DNA of 64,000 nt from an uncultured Planctomycetaceae bacterium. Its GTDB lineage: Bacteria > Planctomycetota > Planctomycetia > Planctomycetales > Planctomycetaceae. A program made the translations under genes and the position numbers. The stretch is taken from positions 864,001 to 928,000 of the forward strand of contig CAWFGE010000013.1 of assembly GCA_963815195.1 (NCBI GenBank), in the 5' to 3' direction. Positions 9,886-20,070 of this stretch are shown one piece after another (the stretch's first letter is position 1; every line of letters starts with the position of its first letter). The notes under the pieces are model-generated. The model searched no databases and had not been told where the DNA came from. It was given only the letters and a program-made list of their open reading frames with translations.

Positions 9886-10671
9886 TCAGCGATCGATGCC
9901 AAACAGCGTGCGGGCGTTTTCGGTGGTTTGCCGGGCCATCTCTTCCGCCGAGACGCCGTGCACCTCCGCCAGGACGCCGGCCGTGTATTCCACGAACGCG
10001 GGTTCGTTGCGTTTGATCTTCCCGCGCTTCGGCGTGGGCACCAAATAGGGGGCATCGGTTTCGACCAGGAGCCGATCCGGCGGCACGGACCCGGCAATCG
10101 CCCGCAGTTCGTCGTTCTTCCGATAGGTCAGCATCCCGGAAAACGACAGATGGAGGCCCATCCCCAGGCAAATCTCCGCCGACGCAGCGCTCCCGCAGAA
10201 GCTGTGCATCACCCCGCGAAACGGCTGTTGGTCTTCGAACTCCCGCAGGACGGCGATCACATCCTCCTCGGCGTCCCGGCAATGGATGATGAAAGGCAGC
10301 CGGTATTGAAATGCGAGTCGCAGATGCTGGCGAAAGAACTCGATCTGCACATTGAGCGGGGCAAAATCCCAATAGCGGTCCAGCCCCGTTTCGCCGATGC
10401 CCACAACCTGCGGATGCGTGAGGAGCGCTTCGATCTCCGCCATGTCGGTCGCGGACGCCTCCGCGGCATAATTGGGCTGAATCCCCACGACGGCGGAAAC
10501 CATTGCGTGCGCTTCCGCCAATTCGACGGCCCGGCGGCTGGTTTCGAGCGTGATCCCGATCGTGAAGATCCGCGAGACCCCCGCCTGTTTTGCGTTTTCC
10601 AGAACCTCGTTCAAATCCGGCGCAAATGCGTCCGCATCGAGGTGGGCGTGGGTGTCGATCAGATTCAGCAT
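9886..10671 (-). CDS. tatD: TatD family deoxyribonuclease
   Basis: IDTHAHL, GIGETGLD, IIHCRDA, GVMHSF, LVETDAPYL. Confidence 0.93.
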   Translation of the reverse strand: MLNLIDTHAHLDADAFAPDLNEVLENAKQAGVSRIFTIGITLETSRRAVELAEAHAMVSAVVGIQPNYAAEASATDMAEIEALLTHPQVVGIGETGLDRYWDFAPLNVQIEFFRQHLRLAFQYRLPFIIHCRDAEEDVIAVLREFEDQQPFRGVMHSFCGSAASAEICLGMGLHLSFSGMLTYRKNDELRAIAGSVPPDRLLVETDAPYLVPTPKRGKIKRNEPAFVEYTAGVLAEVHGVSAEEMARQTTENARTLFGIDR

Positions 10672-10684
10672 GGGATTGTTGGCG

Positions 10685-11152
10685 TCACCGCGGAGCCTCG
10701 GCGAGGCCGTTTCCGTCCTGGCTGGCCAGCGGCGAGTTGGCGAGGGCCTTGAGTTCCTGGGCAATGGATTCCTGGCCCCGTTGGATTTCGGCGACCAGTT
10801 TCTCGGCACCGGGATGTTCTTCGCAGGCGGGGAGCGTCCGCCGGGCGTCTTCGACCAGCGACTCTTGGTTGTGAATCAACTGGTCCAATAGGAAATCCAA
10901 GGCCACGTAATGCAGGTCCGTGTATTCGGTGGGATAGCTGCCGAAGTCGATCGTCCAATCGGCCTCGTAGAGCAATTCCGTGAGCTGGGCGATCTGGCGT
11001 TCTTGCTGTTTAACCAGTTCCTGAATCTTGCGCTGGGCTTCGTCCTTGTGCGCATCCGCCCACGGCCAGCACTCTCCGACGTATTGCAACAAACTTCGCC
11101 CCACGTTGATGAGGAGATCGTTGAGCGCGGCATACGTCGAAACATCGGACAT
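10685..11152 (-). CDS. hypothetical helical protein between nuoN and tatD
   Basis: Clean 155-aa ORF, co-oriented, with motif-like RSLLQYVGECWPW and YPTEYTDLHY. Confidence 0.75.
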   Translation of the reverse strand: MSDVSTYAALNDLLINVGRSLLQYVGECWPWADAHKDEAQRKIQELVKQQERQIAQLTELLYEADWTIDFGSYPTEYTDLHYVALDFLLDQLIHNQESLVEDARRTLPACEEHPGAEKLVAEIQRGQESIAQELKALANSPLASQDGNGLAEAPR

Positions 11153-11211
11153 GTTGGAAAACCTTGCGAAACCATTCCAATAACCAAACGCCATCGATCA
11201 GCGACAGCCGA

Positions 11212-12825
11212 TCACGGAAACAACGCCGAGGCGATGTCCCGGGCGCGATAGCTGAGGCTGTCCATCAACGGCCCGAAAATCCCCAACAGCACGACCGGCA
11301 CGGTGATGATCCCGACATACCACACCGAGTTGAGCGGAACGTCCGCGGCGCGGGCTTCCTCGGGACGCGGGTTGATGAACATCGCCTTCAGCACGCGGAG
11401 ATAATAAAACAGGCTGAACACGGTGTTCAAACCGCCGATGCCCAGGACGGCCCACATAAACCAGTGAATTTTTCCCGCCTGGAACAGCGCCGCGAAGATA
11501 TACCACTTGCCGAAGAACCCGCCCAGCGGGGGCAGGCCCACCAGACTAAACAGGCAGATGAGCATAAACACGCACAGCCCGGGGCATTGGCTCACAAGGC
11601 CGTCGTAGTCGGCGATTTCTTCGCTGAAAATTTCGTTGCGGATCAAGGCGACGATGGCAAACGCCCCCAGGTTCATAAACAGATACACGCCCAGGTAAAA
11701 GAGCAGCCCGCCCACGGCCCGGGTGACTTCGCTGTAGGAACCCGCGGCCGCGCCTTCGCTGGCGGCCCCGTGCAAAATGACCATCATCGCCGCGACAGCC
11801 ATCAGCATGTAACCCGCATGCGCGATCGTCGAATAGGCCAACAGCCGCTTGATGTTGGTCTGGGCATAAGCGGCCAGGTTTCCGAACGTCGCCGTGACCG
11901 CCGCCACGATTCCCAGGCCTATCCCCAAGGCGAGTTTCAGGTTGGAAAGGGCCAGGGGATCGGTCCCGCCGAGCGCGACGCAAAACCGCACCAGGAGGGC
12001 AAACGCGGCGGCTTTGGAGGCGACCGAAAGAAAGCCCGCCACCTCCGCGGGGGCTCCTTCAAAGGCGTCCGGACACCAGAAGTGGAACGGAAACAGCGAC
12101 AACTTGAACGCCAATCCCACCAGAACCATGATCGCCCCGAGCGCGATCGTGCGCATGCCTGGGTCCGCGAGGCTCGCATCGGACCCGGCCACCAGCACAA
12201 TCCGCGACGCCAACTCCGGCAGGTTCGCCGTTCCCAACAGACCCGCAAGCAGGCTGATGCCATACAGCATCACTCCCGCGGCACCGGCTCCATACACCAC
12301 GTATTTGAGAGCCGCTTCGCTGCCGGTCCGCCGGCCCTTGAGAAAGCCGACCATCACGTAACTGGGGACGCTCGTCATCTCCACGCCCAGGAACAAAATC
12401 AGCAGATGATTGGCGCTCGCCATCAACATCATGCCGATCGTGGACCCGATCAGCAGCGTGTAAAAGTCCGGCCCGTCCTCATCGTCGGGAATGCCCGTCA
12501 GCACGGTGAGTGCGATCACCAGGATCAAAAACAGCAGCAGAAACAGCCGGAAAAAGACCGTGAACTTGTCGTAGATCAACATCCCGGTGAAGATTTCCGT
12601 CGTCGTCATGTCGCCGCGAAACTGGGTCCACGCCACCCAGAACGCGATGAACGCCCCCACCAGCGCCACCCAATACGGAGACAGCACGCGGTCGCCATTG
12701 AACAACCGCCACAGGAGGAGCGCGACGATGGTTCCGCACAACACCAATTCGGGGCCGAACAGGCCCACGGAATTGGGCGTGTTCGATTCGACCAGTTGCT
12801 CTATGATTTGCGAAAAGTTGTTCAT
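11212..12825 (-). CDS. nuoN: NADH-quinone oxidoreductase subunit N
   Basis: Polytopic membrane protein; EAALKY, FKLSLFPFHFWCPD, KRLLAYSTIAHAGY. Confidence 0.93.
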   Translation of the reverse strand: MNNFSQIIEQLVESNTPNSVGLFGPELVLCGTIVALLLWRLFNGDRVLSPYWVALVGAFIAFWVAWTQFRGDMTTTEIFTGMLIYDKFTVFFRLFLLLFLILVIALTVLTGIPDDEDGPDFYTLLIGSTIGMMLMASANHLLILFLGVEMTSVPSYVMVGFLKGRRTGSEAALKYVVYGAGAAGVMLYGISLLAGLLGTANLPELASRIVLVAGSDASLADPGMRTIALGAIMVLVGLAFKLSLFPFHFWCPDAFEGAPAEVAGFLSVASKAAAFALLVRFCVALGGTDPLALSNLKLALGIGLGIVAAVTATFGNLAAYAQTNIKRLLAYSTIAHAGYMLMAVAAMMVILHGAASEGAAAGSYSEVTRAVGGLLFYLGVYLFMNLGAFAIVALIRNEIFSEEIADYDGLVSQCPGLCVFMLICLFSLVGLPPLGGFFGKWYIFAALFQAGKIHWFMWAVLGIGGLNTVFSLFYYLRVLKAMFINPRPEEARAADVPLNSVWYVGIITVPVVLLGIFGPLMDSLSYRARDIASALFP

Positions 12826-12883
12826 GAAGTCTATCTCGATCGGCCGAGGCCGGCTGCCATCAAAATGGGATTTGCGGGATGAA

Positions 12884-14526
12884 TCAGCGGCTCGCCGTGG
12901 TTTCGGAAACGAACGATGCGGCGGCCCGGTAACCTTCATCGAGCATTGTAATCAGGTGCGCGGTGGAGGCTTGCATCAAGTCGAGCATCATTCGCGGATA
13001 GACGCCCAGCGCAATCGCCATCACCAGCAGCGAGACCGCCACCACCATTTCGCGGCCGTTGATCGGGGACAGGGCTTCGGGATGCGGGCCTTTGTATTCC
13101 GGACCCAGGTACACCCGCTGGATTGTCCACAGGATGTAGCCCGCGGTCAGAATCACGCCGGAAGCCGCGATGATCGCCAGGACCGGGGAATAACTCCAAC
13201 TGCTCAAGACGACGAACACTTCGCCGATGAACCCGCACAAGCCCGGCAGCCCCAGCCCGGCGAAAAAGATGCCCACGGCCAATGCGGAGTACAACGGCAT
13301 CTTGCTCATCAGCCCGCCGAACTGGTTGAGATCCCGGTGGTGCACGCGGTCGTAAAGCACGCCGACCATAAAGAACATGCCGGCCGAGGACACCCCGTGG
13401 GCCAGCATCTGGAACATCGCCCCGTTCATCCCCATGTGCCAGAAGTCTTTGTTCGCAACGCCCCCGGCTTCGTTGATCTTCCACACGGCGAGGCCGATGA
13501 TCACATACCCCATATGGCTCACCGAACTGTAGGCCACGAGGCGTTTGAAGTCGGTCTGCGCAAGCGCGGCGAACGCTCCATAAATAATGCTGAACGCTCC
13601 GATCACGACCAGCGCATAAGCGGCATACTGGGCTCCGTAGGGACACAGCGGAAACGCGATGCGAATGATCCCGTATCCGCCCATTTTCAATAGCACCCCG
13701 GCCAGGATCATGCTGATTGGCGTCGGGGCTTCGACGTGGGCATCGGGGAGCCAGGTGTGGAACGGGAACGTCGGCACTTTGATCGCAAATCCGATGAACA
13801 AGAGAATGAACGCCGTGATCTGCATGGTCGGACTGAAAGCGATGCCGTTCACGCTGCCTTGGGCGATGTTGGCGAGTTGCATCAGGTCGAATGTGGATTC
13901 CCCGGTCGCGTTTGTGCTGCCGAAGTAAAACATCAGCATCGCGATCAGCATCAGCACGCTGCCCGCGAGGGTATACAGGAAGAACTTGATCGCCGCGTAT
14001 TCCTTCCGCGGCCCGCCCCAAACACCGATGAGGAAATACATCGGCAGCAGCATGACTTCCCAGAACACGTAAAACAGGAAGAAGTCGAGCGCGAGGAACA
14101 CGCCCAACATCCCGGTCTCCAGGAGCAGGAACAAAATCAAGTAGCCCTTGACCTGCTTGGTAATGCTCCACGACGCCAGCATCGACAGCATGCTGATGAA
14201 GGTCGTGAGCAACACGAGCGGGAGGCTGATCCCGTCAAATCCAAGCTTGTAGTAAATGTTCCAGGTCGGAATCCAATCGGCGGTGTAGCCGCGGACCTCT
14301 TTGGTCTGGTCGCCGTCTTGGACAGTCTGCACGGGCTGGACGCCGGGGTCGTCGACGTCGTAATACTGCCCCCCAAGAGGAACAGCGAGAAGATGAACGT
14401 CACGATTGTCACGCCCAGCGCAAAGTTCCGCATTTCGTTCCAGGCGTTTTTGTTGAAAAACACGAGGAAAATCGCCCCCAAGGTGGGGATGAAAATGATC
14501 GCCGATAATAACAATCCGGGAGGCAT
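12884..14526 (-). CDS. nuoM: NADH-quinone oxidoreductase subunit M (frameshift in the C6/G6 run near 14372)
   Basis: N-terminus MPPGLLLSAIIFIP lies in one frame; DGISLPL, FHTWLPDAHVEAPT, KRLVAYSSVSHMG in the other. Confidence 0.93.
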
Positions 14527-14628
14527 GGTCTGCGTAATCCCTTCTGGAGAACTTTATAAGCCAGTTGCCACTGTTGGAATCAAACGGCGGCCCGGTTCCG
14601 GGAGCCGAGGGTTTGTGTTCGTCAAATC

Positions 14629-16980
14629 TCACCACAGCATGGCCACGATGGGCACAAAGATCGCAAGCGCCCCCACGGCCAGCAAAATAAACAGCACATA
14701 TTGCCTTAAATAGCCCGTCTGCACCCGGCGAAGCCAGGTGCCGGCCCAAAACGTCCGATCCCCCACGACGTTGACCAACCCGTCCACCGCCCGCTCGTCG
14801 AACCAGCGGTCCCAACGGGAAATCTGCAGGCACGACGCGGCGAGCCAGTGGAGAATGCCATCCAGCACTCCGCGGTCGAAGCGCGTGATCCAGCGGCCGA
14901 CGACGTGGGGCGGACGCACGAATGCCGTATCGTAGAGTTCGTCGAACTGCCATTTCTCCACGAGGAAGCGGTGCACGCCCGCGAATTGCCTTTTGATCTC
15001 CGCCGGCTCGACGACCTTCGCCCCGTAAACCAGATAGGCCAGAATGGCCCCGGCGAACGCCACGATCAACGCCCACATGCCGGCCTGGCTGTGCACGGCG
15101 TGGATGTCGTGGTGTCCGGGGAGCGAAATGCCCATCAAACCGGCGAGCGCTTGCCCGTGGGCGACGCCGGGGGGTTCGCTGCCGATGATCGTCATGTAAA
15201 GCGGCCCCTCTTCACCCCCAAAGGCACAGAACGCCGCGAAAAAAGCCAGCACGAGCAAAGGCACGGTCATCACCCACCGGGATTCGTGAACGTGATCGTA
15301 AAGCTCCCGATCGCGAGGCTCGCCCCAAAACGTGTAGAACCACAAGCGGAACATATAGAACGCCGTGATCCCCGCCGTCACCAGGGGAATGAAATACAAC
15401 AAAAAGTGGACCGGGTTGAGGTACCAATGGGCGAGCGCCGTCGCGAGGATGGCATCTTTGGAATGGTAGCCTGAAAACGCGAGCGCGGTTCCGGGAATGG
15501 CCAGTCCGCAAATCGCGATCACGCCGACGAGCATCGTCAGCGCTGTGATCGGCATTTTTTTGAGCAAGCCGCCCATGCGGGGCATTTCCTGCTCGTGATG
15601 GCAGCCGACGATTACGCTGCCCGAGCACAGAAACAACAGCGATTTGAAGAACGCGTGCGTGAAGAGGTGGAACACGCCCGCGCCCCAGCCGGCCACGCCC
15701 AACACGAGCATCATGTATCCCAACTGGCTGATCGTGGAATAGGCCAGCACGCGTTTGATGTCCGTCGCCACGATCGCGATCGTCGCCCCCAGAAACAGCG
15801 TGATGCACCCCACGTAGGCGATCACCAACAGCACTTCCGGGAGGAACATCGGATAGAACCGGGCCGTCAGATACACGCCCGCCGCGACCATCGTGGCCGA
15901 GTGCACCAAGGCCGAGACCGGCGTGGGGCCTTCCATCGCGTCCGGGAGCCAGGTTTGCAGCGGGAACTCGGCGCTCTTGCCGACGCACCCGCAAAACACG
16001 CCGATCCCCGCAACCATCAGCAGCCAATAGGGAATCGTCCGCGAAGACTCGGCCTCGGCTTCCATTCCGGGTTTTTCCGCGACGGCGGGTTCGGTCTCTT
16101 CGCCGTGGTGCGCTTCGCCCGATTGCAAATGCACCACCGCCCCGGATTCGCTCTGGTCCACGTGCATGTGCCCGTGAGCGTCCGAGACCATCGCGAACAG
16201 GCCGGGCTGTTTGTGCTCGGGATCCTCGGCCGAGGGCAAACCGCCGAAGCTGAACGTGCCGAAGTACGTCCACACGACCATCATCCCGATCAGAAACCCG
16301 AAGTCGCCCACGCGATTCATGATGAAGGCTTTGTTCGCGGCGGTGCTGGCGGAATGGCGTTCAAAGTAGAAGCCGATCAACAGGTAGCTGGTCACACCGA
16401 CGAGTTCCCAGAAGATGAACACCATCAGGATGCTGCCCGAGATCACAATGCCCAGCATGGAAAAGCTGAACAGCGACATATAGGCGAAAAAGCGGGAGTA
16501 CCGGCCGGGCCGATGAAAATGCCCGCCGGACGGCGTGTGGACTTGATGATCGACGTAGTCGTCGGTCAGTTCATCGCTCATGTAGCCCAGCGCGAACACG
16601 TGAATACACGTCGCGATCAGGGTGACCATCATGAACATCGCCAGGGTCAGACTGTCGATGTAATACTCCAAGCCGATGGTCAAATCGCCGAACGAGCCCA
16701 GCGTGTACCACAGTCCGGAGAACACGGCGAGCTCCCTGTGCCCTTCTTCGCCGGGCGGGTGAAACGCGGCCCACTCCGTGGAGCCGCCCCAGAACAGAAA
16801 CGCAATCACGCTGAGGACAAACCCCGTGCCGATGCAACCGACGGCAAAAAACGCCGCCCACTTGCATTTGCGATCCGGCTGCCAAATGGGGGCACAGATC
16901 TCGACGCAAAACCCAAACAGGGGCAACAGAAACGCCGCGAGGAGAAGGTTCGGAACAATGACAGCCGCTTGGTCGGACAT
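14629..16980 (-). CDS. nuoL: NADH-quinone oxidoreductase subunit L
   Basis: KAFIMNRVGDFG, WLPDAMEGPTPVSALVHSATMV, HAFFKSLLFL. Confidence 0.95.
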   Translation of the reverse strand: MSDQAAVIVPNLLLAAFLLPLFGFCVEICAPIWQPDRKCKWAAFFAVGCIGTGFVLSVIAFLFWGGSTEWAAFHPPGEEGHRELAVFSGLWYTLGSFGDLTIGLEYYIDSLTLAMFMMVTLIATCIHVFALGYMSDELTDDYVDHQVHTPSGGHFHRPGRYSRFFAYMSLFSFSMLGIVISGSILMVFIFWELVGVTSYLLIGFYFERHSASTAANKAFIMNRVGDFGFLIGMMVVWTYFGTFSFGGLPSAEDPEHKQPGLFAMVSDAHGHMHVDQSESGAVVHLQSGEAHHGEETEPAVAEKPGMEAEAESSRTIPYWLLMVAGIGVFCGCVGKSAEFPLQTWLPDAMEGPTPVSALVHSATMVAAGVYLTARFYPMFLPEVLLVIAYVGCITLFLGATIAIVATDIKRVLAYSTISQLGYMMLVLGVAGWGAGVFHLFTHAFFKSLLFLCSGSVIVGCHHEQEMPRMGGLLKKMPITALTMLVGVIAICGLAIPGTALAFSGYHSKDAILATALAHWYLNPVHFLLYFIPLVTAGITAFYMFRLWFYTFWGEPRDRELYDHVHESRWVMTVPLLVLAFFAAFCAFGGEEGPLYMTIIGSEPPGVAHGQALAGLMGISLPGHHDIHAVHSQAGMWALIVAFAGAILAYLVYGAKVVEPAEIKRQFAGVHRFLVEKWQFDELYDTAFVRPPHVVGRWITRFDRGVLDGILHWLAASCLQISRWDRWFDERAVDGLVNVVGDRTFWAGTWLRRVQTGYLRQYVLFILLAVGALAIFVPIVAMLW

Positions 16981-17023
16981 GCGATTCTCGTCTATTCAAA
17001 GGTCGCCAGGACCGAATGATTTC

Positions 17024-17227
17024 AATTCGAATATCGAAATCCGAAACAAATTCAAAATCCCAATGTTCCAAAACGCCGCTTTGAAAACCCGGCAGATGCA
17101 TTAGCCCGAAACGCAACCGAGGGGATGCGAGAACCCTGGCCTGCGCTGCGGGCTGGAATTCCGTTTTCTGTTTCGAGCCTTCGAGTTTTGGTCATTAAGA
17201 ATTGTTTCGGATTTCGAGATTCGGATT
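17024..17227. repeat. long imperfect inverted repeat with nested REP-like palindrome, between nuoK and nuoL
   Basis: Arms 17024-17053 and 17199-17227 built from AAATCCG-like heptads; inner AGCCCGAAACGCAACCGAGGG (17103) and CCCTGGCCTGCGCTGCGGGCT (ends 17154). Confidence 0.7.
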
Positions 17228-17236
17228 TTTCCTTGT

Positions 17237-17545
17237 TTAGCCCTTCAAGTCATCCCCGCGGTCGACATCGATCGTGAGGTGGTTGTTGTAAAAGTTGAGG
17301 GCAATGGCCAATGCGACGGCGGCCTCGGCGGCCGCGAGCACGATCACGAACAGCGACACCACCTGCCCGTCGAGTCCCAGCGGCGTGAAATGCGAAAAGG
17401 CGACGAAGTTTACGTTGGCTCCGTTAAGCACCAACTCCACGCCCATCAACACGCCGATGCCGTTGCGCTTCGTCGCCATGCAAATTACGCCGGCGACAAA
17501 TAAAATCGCCCCCACGGCCAGATATTCCGTCAATCCAATGCCCAT
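17237..17545 (-). CDS. nuoK: NADH-quinone oxidoreductase subunit K
   Basis: LMGVELVLNGAN, GQVVSLFVIVLAAAEAAVALA. Confidence 0.95.
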   Translation of the reverse strand: MGIGLTEYLAVGAILFVAGVICMATKRNGIGVLMGVELVLNGANVNFVAFSHFTPLGLDGQVVSLFVIVLAAAEAAVALAIALNFYNNHLTIDVDRGDDLKG

Positions 17546-17588
17546 GCCATCGCCTCAATGTCTGTTGATTGATTCCAAGTGTCTGTTT

Positions 17589-18470
17589 CTACGTGGCGGT
17601 GGATTGCATCCGGCGTTTGGCCCGGGCCAGGTACGCCGCCCCAATCAACACCACCAGCAAATGCACGGATGCGATTTCGAACGGCAGCAAATAGCCGGTG
17701 GAAAGCGCCGCCGATTGGGCCGCTTCGGTTTCGTCCCCCGCTTCGGCCGGGTGTTCAATGTGATCCGCCGCCGGAACCGTCTTGACGACGTAAAACCCGT
17801 CGCTCAGCCGCTGAAGGCCGACAGGCGAGCCCAGGTCCTGATCGGGCCGGGATCCCAACAGGCTGAAACCCAACGGGCGAATCGTCCCGCCCGTTTTCGT
17901 GGACGGAGCGAACGAAAGATGATTGGCCTCGAGCAAAGCGAGCAACCGCTGTTCCTGCTCGTCGTCCAGTTCGTTGTCGGGGGACAGCCGATAGACCTTG
18001 GTGCCCTGCACGTCCTGCTCTTGATACGCGGACGCGAGCAGCTTGGCATCGTCTTGATCCGCGTTCGCGCGGATGTCTTCAAAGCGTTCGGCGGAGACGG
18101 CCACGAGCCGGAGCGTCGAGCGGTTCCAATCGACGTCCGCCACGCCTTGATACATGATGAAGAACACGATCGCCCCCACGGCGGCCACGGCAATCAGGTT
18201 GCCGGGGGCCATTTTGAGGACGTTGTAGGGACCGCTTGCAGTGAGCATCACGCCGAAGATCAAAAGCACCACCGTGCCCCCGACGTAGACCAGAAGCTGC
18301 GTGGCGGCGACGAAGTCGGCGTGCAGCAAAAAGAACAGCCCGGCCGTCGAACCGAGGGACACGATCAGCCAGAACGCCATCCGCACGACGTTTTGCGAAA
18401 CCACGACAGCCACCGCACCCAACGAGGCGGCGAGAGCCAAAAACCAAAAGAGAATTGTTCCGCCGGTCAT
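17589..18470 (-). CDS. nuoJ: NADH-quinone oxidoreductase subunit J with a large loop insertion
   Basis: QLLVYVGGTVVLLIFGVML and YLLPFEIASVHLLVVLIGA. Confidence 0.9.
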   Translation of the reverse strand: MTGGTILFWFLALAASLGAVAVVVSQNVVRMAFWLIVSLGSTAGLFFLLHADFVAATQLLVYVGGTVVLLIFGVMLTASGPYNVLKMAPGNLIAVAAVGAIVFFIMYQGVADVDWNRSTLRLVAVSAERFEDIRANADQDDAKLLASAYQEQDVQGTKVYRLSPDNELDDEQEQRLLALLEANHLSFAPSTKTGGTIRPLGFSLLGSRPDQDLGSPVGLQRLSDGFYVVKTVPAADHIEHPAEAGDETEAAQSAALSTGYLLPFEIASVHLLVVLIGAAYLARAKRRMQSTAT

Positions 18471-19765
18471 CGGTGGGTCCTTTCCGCGGAAGAATCCGAC
18501 TCGGCGGAAACCATCGCGGCCGGTTGTTGAATCAGAATCCGCTGGGCGGTTTCGGGGGTCGCTTCACGGACGCTCGCGGCCTTCGGCGAGGATTCGCCCA
18601 ACGGGGCTGAGAATAGCGCCGGCCGGCCGACAAAGGCAATCAGCACAAGCGGCCAAAGCGTCGCCCCCAAAAACAACACGCAGCTAATCGGCACCAGATA
18701 CTTCAAACACGTCTGCATCACCTGGTCGATCCGCAGGCGGGGAAACGTCCACCGCACCCACACCTGCACCAGCACCAACACCGACGCCTTGGTGAGAATC
18801 ACCACCATCCCGAACAGATGGCCTAAGTAGGTGCTCACCCCCGCCCCCGCCAGTTCGCTCAAGGAGTCTCCCCGCGCGAAAATCTTCTCCATCCCAAGCC
18901 CGGTGTACCAGCCCCCCAGAAACAGGATCGCGGCCACGGCGCTCACCAGGAACATCGCGGCATACTCGGCCATGAAAAAGTACGACCACCGCATGCCGCT
19001 GTATTCCGTGTGAAACCCGCCGACGAGTTCGCTCTCCGCCTCGGCCAAATCGAACGGGGCCCGTTTGCAGCCCGCCGTCGCCACGGTGAAATACACGAAA
19101 AATGCGATAAATGTGAAGGGATTATTGAAGATCAGCCAGTTCCAAAAAGCCCCTCGCTGATAGTCGCCGATCTCGCCGAGATTCAGCGTTCCAACCGCCA
19201 CGATGGGCACGAGGCCGCAAATGGCGAGCGGGATTTCGTAGCTCACCATCTGAGCCGATTCCCGCATCCCGCCGAACAGGGACCACTTCGACCCGCTGGA
19301 ATAGCCCGCGAGGACAATCCCGATGACTTCCAGCGAGAGAATCGCCAACAACAGAAACAAGCCGATGTCGGAAGCCACCGACACCCAGGTGCTGCTTACG
19401 GGTAGCACCATGAAGGCACAAAACGCGGCAATGCAGGCCAGGTACGGGGCCATGCGGAACAGCATCCCGTCCGCCGCCGTGGGAACCAGATCTTCCTTCT
19501 GAATCAACTTGACGCCGTCGGCCAACCCTTGCAGCCAGCCGAACTTGCCCCCCACACGCGTGGGACCCAGGCGGTCTTGAATCCGCCCCGACACCTTTCG
19601 CTCGGCCCAAATGAAGATCAAAGGCACATTGGCAAAGATGCCCAGGATCAAGACCACGTGCACCACAGCCGCCAGAAAACCGGCCGTGGTGGGACTGATT
19701 TCCCAACCCAGCAGGTTTCTTGTATCGGCAATATCCGCAAAGAGTAGACTCAGCATGCCCGGCAA
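18467..19765 (-). CDS. nuoH: NADH-quinone oxidoreductase subunit H
   Basis: ERKVSGRIQDRLGP, RAPFDLAEAESELVGGFHTEYSG, PRLRIDQ. Confidence 0.95.
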   Translation of the reverse strand: MPGMLSLLFADIADTRNLLGWEISPTTAGFLAAVVHVVLILGIFANVPLIFIWAERKVSGRIQDRLGPTRVGGKFGWLQGLADGVKLIQKEDLVPTAADGMLFRMAPYLACIAAFCAFMVLPVSSTWVSVASDIGLFLLLAILSLEVIGIVLAGYSSGSKWSLFGGMRESAQMVSYEIPLAICGLVPIVAVGTLNLGEIGDYQRGAFWNWLIFNNPFTFIAFFVYFTVATAGCKRAPFDLAEAESELVGGFHTEYSGMRWSYFFMAEYAAMFLVSAVAAILFLGGWYTGLGMEKIFARGDSLSELAGAGVSTYLGHLFGMVVILTKASVLVLVQVWVRWTFPRLRIDQVMQTCLKYLVPISCVLFLGATLWPLVLIAFVGRPALFSAPLGESSPKAASVREATPETAQRILIQQPAAMVSAESDSSAERTHR

Positions 19766-20070
19766 ATCATCCGAAAATTATGGAGAGTTGGGCGGGGAGA
19801 TCGACGGAGAACGGATCGGGAAGGAAACCCTCTCGCCCACGATTGGGTTGAACTATCCCAAATCGCAAACAGGGATTCAAGGGACCGAAGTGCTAAAAAT
19901 CCGGCGGGTTGCGGAACACCGAAACGCAACCGCCCTTTTCTCAGAATTGAGAACCTCGGCCGCTCGTTTCCTGCAAATCGCTGCGGGAAATGCCGACTTT
20001 GGGAGAGCGGAAAAAGCAAAGCCCCGACCAAATCGGGGCCTTGTACTGCAATCCGTTTCCCGCGAGTAGG

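Noticed and set aside
14365..14378. Programmed frameshifting or phase variation in nuoM and other split genes
   Set aside because: No shared slippery motif; indels are scattered over unrelated genes, which fits sequencing error
14527..15076. Apparent N-terminal extension of NuoM (730-aa ORF)
   Set aside because: Artefact of the frameshift near 14372; the true start is at 14526 in another frame
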